A stretch of DNA of 64,000 nucleotides from Takakia lepidozioides (Eukaryota > Plantae > Bryophyta): NCBI GenBank assembly GCA_030704615.1, contig CM060731.1:18848001-18912000 (forward strand), given 5' to 3'. Positions 24,890 through 35,462 of this stretch are shown piece by piece (position 1 is the first letter of the stretch; every line of letters begins with the position of its first letter). Under the pieces are notes generated by a model. It was not told the DNA's origin and made no database searches. It worked only from the letters and a program-made list of their open reading frames with translations. The position numbers were made by a program, and so were the translations under genes.

Positions 24890-25846
24890 GCCCCTTGTAA
24901 CCCCCTGCACTTCAGCCCCTGTAACCCCCGCCCCGGGTGTAACCCTCACCCCCATGTAACCCTCTACAACCCTCTGTAACCCATGTAACCCTATGTCATC
25001 CACGTAACCCATATAACCCGTTGTAACCTATGTAACCCTCTGTAACCCTCGATAACCCTTTGTGACCCCTCTGTAACCCATGTAACCCTCTGTGACCCTC
25101 TGTAACCCTCACTAGGTGTAACCCTCACCACCATGTAACCCTCTGTAACCCATGTAATCCTCTGTAGAGTGTCACCGCAGAGTGTCACCCTCACCCCTAT
25201 GTAACCCTCTGTAACCCATGTAACCCTTTGTAACCCTCTATAGACTGTCACCGCATAGTGTCACCCTCATCCCTATGTAACCCTCTGTAACCCATGTAAC
25301 CCTCTATAGAGTGTCACCGCAGAGTGTCACTCTCATCCCTATGTAACCCTCCCTCCATGTAACCCTCTGTAACCCATGTAACCCTCTGTGACCCTCTATA
25401 ACCCTTTGTGACCCTCTGTAACCCATGTAACCCTCACCAAGTGTAACCCTCACAACCATGTAACCTTTTGTAACCCATGTAACCATCTGTAACACCGTAG
25501 AGTGTCACCCTCACCCCTATGTAACCCTCACTCCATGTAACCCTCTGTAACACCGCAGAGTGTCACCCTCACTCCTTTGTAACCCTAACTCCATGTAACC
25601 CTCTGTAACCCTTTGTAACCCATGTAATCCTCTGTAATCCATGTAATCCATATAACCCGCTCTAACCCATGTAACCCTATGTGACCCTCTATAACCCTCT
25701 GTGACCCTCTATGACCCATATAACCCTCTATGACCCTCTGTAACCCTCTGTAACCTATGTCACCCTCTGTAACCCTCTATCACCCTCTGTGACCCATGTA
25801 ACCCTCTGTAACCCCGCCGAGTGTAACCCTCACCAGGTGTAACCCT
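24890..25846. repeat. Telomere-like minisatellite of TGTAACCC(TC/A) 9-10-mers with a ~55-75 bp higher-order unit
   Basis: Many tandem tgtaaccctc/tgtaaccca units. Repeated blocks caccgcagagtgtcaccctca.ccctatgtaaccc in 25170-25580. Confidence 0.95.
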
Positions 25847-26033
25847 TGTCGTGCGCATACATATCGTTACATAACTACATCGCTATCCAAAACCACACAA
25901 CACATGTGCACACCACACACTAGTATACCACTAGTCCACCACTAGTCTAGTCACTAGTCCAACCACTAGGCTGCAACTAGTCAGTCACTAGCTATCACTA
26001 TGCTGCCCACTATGGCAGTCACTAGTCCACACA
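25847..26033 (-). mobile_element. Partial LTR, near-identical to the first ~187 bp of the LTR at 26364
   Basis: tgtcgtgcg.atacatatcg.taca.aactacatcgct.tccaaaaccacacaacac... is repeated at 25847 and 26364. Confidence 0.75.
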
Positions 26034-26363
26034 ATGATAAAGAAGAAGAATACAAGCACAAGCTCATGCGAGCTCACAAAACTGAAGCATAAACTCATGC
26101 ATATATAACCTCATCACTCAAATACAAGTCAAGCCAAGTACACCCCACACCATGGGGAATCCACACTACGGCGCCATAGCTAGGTGCGGTGATGCTCAAC
26201 TCGAGAAAGATGAGCCTCCCGCGCTTGCCGTGAAGATAACCACTCCAAGGCCTAAATCTGCCTTAACCCCTGGATTGACACTTGGGCCAATCCCAAATAT
26301 CAATATGTAAAAGCTAGTTATTTCCTAGCTAGTTTCACACTAGTGGTAAAATAACCTGACAGC

Positions 26364-28290
26364 TGTCGTGCGTATACATATCGCTACACAACTACATCGC
26401 TGTCCAAAACCACACAACACATGTGCACACCACACACTAGTATACCACTAGTCCACCACTAGTCCACCACTAGTCCAACCACTAGGCTGCAACTAGTCAA
26501 TCACTAGGCTGTCACTATGCTGCCCACTATGGCAGTCACTAGTCCATACAATCGCCTTCCTAGCTGGTGCTTAGGTCCCTCTAAGTCCAGGTAGCCACAA
26601 GATGTGATAGTGACCATAGCCTCACTAAGTCCTCCACCACTGTCCCTACTACACTCAAACTCGATAGATCAAGAGGCCGGGTGTAAGAGTTGCCCCATCG
26701 TTAGTCGCCGTTTTGCAACAACTTGAGCCTGGGATCTCGTGTATTGACTCTTATGAGCTTGGTCTCCCATGTCTTGTTAGCTGCCTCTAGTCATGTCCAC
26801 TGCCACTATCCCAAGCAGTGTGGACACAACCAATCTCCATCAGGAACCTTCTCAAGAGGTGGTGTCAAACATCCCATGTGCCAACCTCTTGAGCATCGAT
26901 CACACATCAGCATGGTGGCTGCCCCTTTAGACCCACAGAGCATGCACCTCAAACCTGCAAGTACCACTGCCAAGTTTGGGTCAACTCTGCCATCGACATT
27001 GGGAAGGTGACATGACGCGCAATTACGCACATGGTCTTTCCAAGTCATGCCATCCCGACCCTCCAAGATCAGGACTCCTGAGGGCAACACCTCTCGAACC
27101 CTCAGAATAACACGCCCTCCACCACGTATAGTGGCATACCTCAACGTATCACGGTGCTGTGCAATGGCAAGGTTATCAAAACCCATGGGCATGACTTTCT
27201 TGAACAACTCTGCATGCTGATCACATGCACGTACCCACACGTCCGGATCGTCAAGGTTAATGACTTGAGCAATGTTCCTACGAATGGCTGCAGGCAAATC
27301 CGGCCTGAACCTGTAGCCCATGGCTAACCAAGGCACCTGAAGCTCAAAATCTCCTAGGTGTCCCTTCTACAAGCCATACTTGCGCAAATCCCTCTTCACC
27401 GTCTGAACAACTCTCTTTGCCAAGCCATCGGCCTCAGGATGATCCCGAGAAGTGGTGCGGTGGTCTATCAAGGCTTTATCACACAAATCCTGAAACTCCC
27501 CCAAGAACTCTCTCCCTTGGTCCGTGAGTACCTCAGCTGGAGCACCGAATTGGCTAAGCACACGATCCAAGAATGCATCCGCAGCCCCCTCACTAGTCTT
27601 GTCAGGCAATGGAACCAACTCAATCCACTTGTGCTCCACCACCAACAATACATATCTGTGGTGGCGCATCGTCAGTGGTAACGGTCCTGCGAAGTCAAGA
27701 CTCCACTTGTAGCCCAATCCCATGATCGGAAGAGGATGCAACTGGGGTGTAGGGGCGTTGAATGAAGCACGCGCCCTGTCACATACATGCACCTAGCCAC
27801 AAACCGTTGCACCTCTGTGTGCATACCACGCCACCAATACTACCCCTGCAGTAAACTGTGAGTGCGTCGCACTCCAAAATGCCCCAACTCCTCATGGGCA
27901 TGCCGCACTAACCGTGCACGTTGTGTTGGATGAGGCACGATCCTCACTCGACCATCCTCCCACACTCAAAGCAAGTGTATCCCCTCCCACTTGAACCTCT
28001 TGGCTCGTTGCAGGATCCGATCCCTCTCCCTGGCAGTCACAGTGGCTGCCGTGTTTTCCGTGCGGAGGTAGTCCAATATAGCCGAATCCTCATGTATATC
28101 TCTGGCACCACCTGACTCATCACTAGCCTCAGGGTCCTCAGACACTCCATCTACAGTCATCCCTGTTGTAGGTCCAACCTGACCTCCCGATGCCAAGATA
28201 CACAAAAATGCAGATGCGTGCCATCCCTGCACCATCTCCTCGTCCGTCTCACCGTGCCACCGAGCTCCAGTGTCATCCTACTGGCTCAAC
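26364..28290 (-). mobile_element. 5'-truncated Ty3/gypsy LTR retrotransposon: integrase with C-terminal PHD finger, plus 3' LTR (26364-26720)
   Basis: HEELGHFGVRRT..YWW and CDR (zinc-binding region), WSLDFAGPLP, LTDQGREF, HPEADGLAKRVVQTVK (integrase core). Ends in CMLCGSKGAATMLMCDRCSRGWHMGCLTPPLEKVPDGDWLCPHC (C4HC3 PHD). LTR runs TGTCG...GCAACA. Confidence 0.85.
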
Positions 28291-28344
28291 ATGGTTGTTA
28301 TAGGGAGGTCCTGCAACTATTTGAATGAATGCACAATATCACCT

Positions 28345-28690
28345 TTATATGTGTTCTCTCTGCATGCAGCCACATTGGCCAACTGGATGAATGAAAACAC
28401 TACTTTGATTCCCTTAGTCAAGATCATGGTGTCACTCTGACAGTAAAGCACTTTGGCTGCATGATGGACCTTCTTGGACGTGCGAGACAACTGGATGAGG
28501 CAGTGGACCTGATTAATAAAATGCCATCAATCCAGATGTTGTGGTGTGGAAGGCCTTGCTTGGTGCCTGCAGAATCCATGGCAATGTGGAGATGGCTGAA
28601 CGTGCGGCTTTCACGTCGGATGAACATAATGCCGCGACTTATGTGTTGCTATCAAATATCTATGCTGCAGCTGACAGGTGGGATCCATCT
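28345..28690 (+). pseudogene. PLS-class PPR fragment (last repeats plus E domain), frameshifted
   Basis: HFGCMMDLLGRARQLDEAVDLINKMP / VWKALLGACRIHGNVEMAE..AATYVLLSNIYAAADRWD. Confidence 0.88.
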
Positions 28691-28844
28691 GGGCAGCAAA
28701 ATGTTCTCCCTACATTTTACCAGCACCTAACAACAAGCTGTATGTCCCATCACATTTCACATGAGCTTGTTCTTCCTTGTACAACAATTTGACACTTAAA
28801 ATAGTTTATATAGCTACCGGGACGTTAAATTAGAATCCAAACTA

Positions 28845-29000
28845 TTTGAAATCTACTGGGCAGTCCCGCTTCCAAGATATAGAGTCGATTAACTTAGGAT
28901 ATCGGGTATTAGTCATACGTTGCAGCTGACCCCACCATTTGACCTTGAATTCATCGCGTTGGGAGCTTAAGGGGGACAAAGAGATAGAGATAGAGTTCTT
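28845..29000 (-). mobile_element. Short LINE RT C-terminal fragment (RTE/L2-like)
   Basis: KVKWWGQLQRMTNTRYPK resembles the W-G-L-RM---R-PK motif at the end of LINE RTs. Confidence 0.35.
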
Positions 29001-29009
29001 TATCTCCTG

Positions 29010-29172
29010 ATACCCTTTCGAAAAGGGCAAAGAAGTCCATGGTGACATCGTAAGAGCTGGAATTGTATCAGATGTCATTCTAAACCCTACCTTAGTGGAC
29101 ATGTAATTCAAGAGCAGATGCAGCAAGGTGGTTTAACTAGATGCAGTGTTTTGATAATATGGCTGCCCGTGA
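29010..29172 (+). pseudogene. Second PPR fragment
   Basis: GKEVHGDIVRAGIVSDVILNPTLVDM*..VFDNMAARD. Confidence 0.7.
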
Positions 29173-29437
29173 CCCGACGGCCCCTTGGTGTTCCCGCGCG
29201 AGCTTCTTCCCTGCGTTCTCTCATTTCTTAGAACCCACAAATTACCTTTTCATCATAGAATCCATGGCGCGTTTGCATTTTGTTGCCTCTTTCGACGCTG
29301 CGCCATTGCTCCAATACAGCCTCATTAGCTGGGCAATGGGCTGAGGGTGCCGCCCTGAGTTTGAGCTGGCGGGAGCTACATAGAGTTATGCCGTGTTCGT
29401 TGGTTGTGTTTGCAATACAGGGCTGCAAGCTGCAAAC

Positions 29438-31318
29438 ATGCTCTGCTGTTTGGATTATGGCTGACGTCTATCTTGAATGTCCCTCAATGGAGCTGGGGCG
29501 GCTGTTAGGGCAGGTGTAGGAATGTGGAGGAGATGGTGGTTATGTTGTGCATTGATCTGCAATCTTGAGTTGATGGGGCGCCGTCTATGTTGATGGTGCT
29601 CTAATTTCATACTTGTTTGGGCGGCAAGGGCGAGCGCAGGGCTGCTCATGGCACCTAAGCAGAAGGCTCCAGAGATATTAGAGCCCCCACCACCTCTTGC
29701 ATATCTCACAAGTGAGGTGCAAATCATTAGTCGATGGGCAAGTGTCGAGCAACACGTACTGTGCAGCAAGTGAGAGAATCACTTGGTTGTTTGTCTGAAT
29801 CTGACTTGTTTGATTTGCCGCCTCCCCCTAGTGCCTCACGGTGGCCCAAACACCCCAAGCCATACAATTGTCGTTTTCTTCTTAGAAGGCAAGTAGGCTT
29901 GATTTTGGGTTTGCAACTGCTCGGTCTCCGAGTCCGATGGCCTTGCTGCGGAGAAAATTTGATGTGGGTGTTGGTTTGGGGTTGGAGACTGACGACAGTT
30001 GATGAGGTTATGATACGGTACAAGGGCAAATATTGTGCCATCCGACAGTACATGCCTAAGAAACCGATTAAGTGGGGCATAAAGTGTGGGCCCTAGTGGA
30101 TAGTGTCACTAGTTATATTTATGACTTTGATCTTTACTGCGGCAAGAATGGAGGGCCAGAGGGGATGAGAGAAAAGAGTGGAAAGGGTGAGGGATATGAT
30201 ATGGTGAGCAGGTTGGTATCACCACTGCATCGCCGTGGTCATGTCGTGGTGACCGACAATTTTTTTCACCTCTCCTCATTGTTGTATGACATGGTCCTTC
30301 TTGGCACTTGGGCCACTTGTACAATGAGGCTGAACCGCAAGGGGTTGCCCCCTTCTTTGATTGCCATGATGAAATAAAACTGCCCGACAGAGGGATTCGT
30401 GGTACAAAATGCATGTCACGCGGCAAATTGCTGTCGTTCTATGGTGGGATAAGAAAGGTGTTTTTCTTGTGTCTTCTGCAGCTCGGCCAGCCAGTGGGCC
30501 CAATTCACCTGTGAGCGTCCGTCGATTTGTGGGGAATCAGCAAGTGCAGGTTCCGTCTGTGTCCATACATGTCCAATACCAGACATACATGCGGGGTGTA
30601 GACGTTCAAGATCAATTGAGGGGTGCATATAGTATGCAATTCAAGACCCACAAGTGGTGGCACCGTGTCTTCTTTTTCATTTTGGACACCACCATGGTGA
30701 ATGCATACTTGCTCCACAGAGAGCATTTGAGAGGCAAAGGCCTACCTGCAATTAGTCATCTTGAGTTCACTATGCGGATGGCACATTGCTTGATTGCTGG
30801 TGTTCATGGCTTTGAACCAGCGGCTTATGTGTATGGAGAAGGACGGGCCCATATGCATAAGTGTCTACATTCCAGCCTTCGGCGTCAGTGTGCAAGGTGC
30901 CGCTAGAAGACTCACTTCTACTGTCCCCAGTGCAATGAGACATACATGTGCATCGGCCAATGTTGACGTGATACCCACAGGATACGGGCAATGTGATGGC
31001 TTTGACTGTGCTCAATGCCTTGTGTATGTTATTGTGATGGGAGGAGTGAAATCTGGATTTGTCTGCACCTGCTGCTGATTTGGTTTGTGTGATCTGTACT
31101 GTCTGGCAGGGAGGTGACAGGGGGCTCATGGTGTTGTATGGCTATAGGGGGTGTGTGTCATGGCAGCGGCGGGGTCCTCGTCTTCTTTTTTTTGACCTGT
31201 TATGTTGCTGGTGTTTGTTCTTTGGTTCGTGAGTGAGCACTGGCAGAGAGGGGGCAGGTAAGATGGTGGGTTTTGTTGTTTTTTTGGGTGCTGGTGTATT
31301 TTGGGGAAGGGGGGGGGG
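29438..31318 (+). mobile_element. piggyBac-like transposase pseudogene segment, copy 2 (direct repeat of 22930-24812)
   Basis: Colinear near-identical sequence with the same motifs, plus an extra frameshift/stop at ~30375. Confidence 0.92.
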
Positions 31319-31555
31319 TTTGCTGCCAGAGGTAGGGTGCAAGCTGTGGGGGTTGTCTGACTGCTTTGGGGAATGGGGGAAGGGGGGGAAGTGTCTGCAT
31401 ACTGGGCAGATCAGGGGGTTCAAGCCTCATTCAGTTCTTGGGAGGTCATGGTGGTTGGGAGATACAGTTGGGGAGGTTCATGGTGGGCGGACACATGAGT
31501 AACTTCCTTGGGTTCCTCTGTGGGCAAATGGCCCCGCTGTGTGTATCAGGTGCCT

Positions 31556-34500
31556 GAGTGTAGGTCCTGGAGGTATATAGAGAAGTCCATTGAAATAAAG
31601 TAAGCCATTTTTGAGTTCAAAGTCATTTATAACATGTGGGTTGTCTCGAGGTCGATTTAGTTGACTTCGTAGTGTCGTAGCAAATTGGTCGTTCTTCAGT
31701 GCTTCCTGAATCTCATTTATGATCTCTGCATCGTCATAGGTGGACATGGATAGCATATTCAGTTGGAGATTTACTGGTTTCAAGATGATGGATTTTTGTT
31801 GGTCAAAAGCTGCATTCATTTCTTTTGGCGCAAGATACAATCGTCAAGAAAAAGCATCTGATTTTCCTTGAAGATGTCCGGGACGATAGGTAATAACAAA
31901 ATCAAACCTTGCTAGCGACATACTCCATCTCGCTTGATGTCGATTCAAAACATTAGCACTTATAAAATACTCGAGGTTTTTGTGATCGGTATAGATAGTG
32001 ACCTGATGTTTAGCTCCCTCCAATAGATGACGCCACTCCTCAAAAGCATCGATAATCGCTAGAAGTTCTTTGTCATGGATTTCATAATTGATCTCCGCAG
32101 CAGAAAATTTGTGAGAACGAAAACCAACAGGGTGGAGTCGGCCATCTGTACCGTATTGAGAGAGTACTGCGCCAAATGCAAAGTTCGATGCATCTGCTTC
32201 AAAAAAGAATGGTTTAGATGGGTCTGCATGTACCAGTATTGGAGCCGTTGTAAATGCCTGCTTCAGCCTTTCAAATACTTGGTCAGCCTTCTCATCCCAT
32301 ACAAATTTGTCATTTCCTATTAGTCGTGTCAATGGTGCAGCAATTTTGGAGTAGTCCTTGATGAAGATTCTATAGAAATTTGCAAATCCTAGAAAACATT
32401 GTACATCTCGGACCGAAGTTGGTTTAATCCACTCGATGACAGTTTATATTTTCTTCTGATCCATAAAGACGCATTTGTCGGAAATAATGTAGCCCAGAAA
32501 TTCGACCTCAGATTGATGGAAAAGACATTTTTCCAACTTGGCATATAGTCATCTTCTCTTAATTTATCAAGGACAAGGCGTACATGGCAGCCATGTTCTT
32601 CTTCATTCTGTGAAAATATCAAAATGTCGTCCAAATAGATGACTACAAAGTCATCTAAAAATTCTTGAAAAATGTCATTCATCATATGTTGGAAAATTGT
32701 TGGAACATTTGTAAGACCGAAAGGCATAACACTGTATTCAAAATGTCCATACCTTGTTCGAAAAGTTGTTTTCCATTCGTCTCCTTCTTTTATCCGTACA
32801 AGGTTATAAGCTCATCTCAAGTCAATTTTGGTGAAAATCTTTGCTCGTCCCAGTTGGTCGAGAAGCCCAGAAATCACCAGCAACGTATAACGATTCTTAA
32901 TTGTGACTTTGTTGAGACCGGGATAGTCTACACACATGCGTAATGATCCGTCCTTCTTTTTCACAAACAAGATAGGCGCCCCCGCATGTGATTTTGAATG
33001 TCGGATGAAGTTCTTCGACAAATTTTCATCAATGTACTCACGTAATGCAGCCAATTCCGTCTGGGATAAGTTATAGATTGGGCCGAATGGTGGTTGGGCT
33101 CCTTCTTGTAACTCAATTGCACAGTCATAAGGTCGATGTTCTGGCAATATGTCTGCATTTTTCTTCTCGAAGACATCCTTGAAATCTTGATATTGAGTGG
33201 GTAATGTCGAAGTACCTTTGTCTGTTGTGGTCTTGATCGGAGTCGCATAAAGTGCAAATGCCGCATCTTTTTTGGTAGTTCTCATGAAAGCTCTAGCTCC
33301 AAGGAACAGGGGTTGAATACCTTTGATATTTCTACATTTTTGTCTTGTAGAAATTTTTCGCGATCGCCAGTCGATGTCAGGATTGTGAAGTACGAACCAG
33401 GGAAGTCCAAGGATCACAGGATTCGTTGGAGACTAGATGATGTTGAAAACAATATGTGATGCTTGATCTTCAAGCTTCACTTCAAGTGGTCGAGTTTCAT
33501 GGTCAACATTTCCTGATGCTAACAGTCGTCCATCGATGACTTCAACGGGAGCCGAAAGTTTCTTCTTTACGAGCATTAAATTGTGTTGCTTCGTAAAGTT
33601 TTTGTCAATAAAACATGCTGAAGCCCCTGAGTCCAAAAGTGCTTCTACAGAGATATCTCGATTTTGTACTCTGATTTTTACCGGAACTGTGAAGCAAGGT
33701 GCAGGGTCTGGAGGTAGAAAAAGACATTTTTTGGTGAGGAATTTGTGGTGTATAGCCGCATGGTCCCTACTGTGACTGGACATCTTCGTTTTCCGACCTC
33801 CTCGTATCGAACACTTGAGTTGCACCCCGAGCTTTGAATCTTCTCTTGTTGGGGCAGTTTAATGCTATGTGATCTTCTTCTCCACAATAAAGGCATAATC
33901 CATTCGAGCGCCGTCTTTGTTTATCTTGTGGCGTCAATGGCTTGAATCGGACAACATCAATCTGCATAGGATCACTACCGGATGTCTGATGGATCGTCAT
34001 GTTTGGTGCCGTAGTAGCAGCGACATGATGCGTCGTCGACCATCTAGATCGCTTCTCTTGACGTCTTTCAAACAAACGATTATCGCATGCAATGACTTGG
34101 GTGATGAATTCGCTTGGTGTGCTCACATTTGGCATTGTCAACAACAAATCTTTTACATCCTCATTTAGCCCACATCGGAACTGACTAATGAGACTCTTCT
34201 CATTCCAGTCGAGGTCGCATGCAAGTTGTCGAAATTCGGCAGCATAAACGGAAGCAGGACGTGTTCATTGTCGAAGATTTCGCATGTTTGTCTCTGCAAC
34301 TCTCTCCCTGTCATTTTCTCCAAACGTTGCAGTGAACTCAGACATGAATGCTTCAAAATTGTATAGTTTATGCGAGTTTTTTTTTCTAATAGCTGTGCAA
34401 ACCAAGACAGGGTAGTGCTTGATAGAAGGGTGCCAATGAATCTCACTTGAATACCTTCATCGGGGTAGCGTTGTGGATGTAGTCATAGGAACAGTCGTAT

Positions 34501-35462
34501 TTGTTGAACAAAACCGCGAAATCTTTGTCCCATCAAATTTCTCGAGCATGCTGATCTTTGGTTCTCTCGTATTCTGTTGAAAAAGAACCGTTGCAGTAAG
34601 AACTGTTGCAGTAGAGACTCGTATGGTTGAAGATCCATTGTTCGACTCCTTTAACTCTGAAATTTGTTGTTGCAAATTGTGGAGAACGTTGCCGAAATCT
34701 TGAGACTAATCAGTTTGTAATTGGGCGGTACAGGTACGAAGTTCTGCAATGTGGCGACCATTTCCGCAAATGTGCCTTCCATCTTAACTAACTAAGGAAC
34801 AAACTTTAGTCCCGCCAAACTGTCAAGGACGAGAACATGACTGAACACAAACCAAATATCAGACTAAAGGTACAAGACTAGACAAGAAGCCAAGGCCGGC
34901 GTGGCCGAATGCATGATGAGTAAATAGGAATCAAGACGATCTTTATAACAATGAACAAGAGTACAAGATATTGGAACACGACTTGAATACTGGAAATACT
35001 GGAAACTGGACTGGAGTACCAGATATTGGAAACTGGGCTAGAGTACTGGGAACTGGACTGGAGTACTGGAACTGGGAACAAGAGTAGCTTGAACTGGTGT
35101 TGGCGAGACTGAAGAGTGTCCAGTCTCGCCTCCTATATATACTGGCTACTAAGAAGCTTCCCTAAGAAGCTTCCCCTATGGAGGTTTCTTGCTAGAGAAG
35201 TTTCCAAGATTAAACAAAGGTTTCTTGATGGAGAAGCTTCCTTAAGCAAATGAGGTATCTTGATGGTGAAGTTTCCTCCAAAGGAAGCTTCATGAGCAGT
35301 TTCCCAAATTACTCTTGGTAATTTGATAAACTTTCGGTAACTAGGTAAATCATGGTAAATCATGGTAAATTATGGTAAGTCATGGTAACTTCCGATAACA
35401 TGATAACTTGGTAACTTCTGGTATTTACTCTTGATAAGTTCCTCTGGGCTATGTCCGTGACA
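31556..35462 (-). mobile_element. 3'-truncated Tcn1-like chromovirus (Ty3/gypsy): 5' LTR 35462-34821, gag, protease, RT, RNase H, start of integrase
   Basis: LTR termini TGTCAAGGAC...GTCCGTGACA (9/10 inverted). gag EPKISMLEKFDG and CLYCGEEDHIALNCP; protease ALLDSGASACFID; [25 protein letters not shown]; RNase H EADASNF, YEIHDKELLAI, YTDHKNL. Many stops and frameshifts. Confidence 0.92.

Noticed and set aside
24991-25495. Repetitive ORFs (VTWVTEGY...)
   Set aside because: Translations of the minisatellite; no evidence of coding.
24890-25846. CRISPR array or true interstitial telomere
   Set aside because: No unique spacers, eukaryotic context, and units are 9-10-mers rather than TTTAGGG/TTAGGG.
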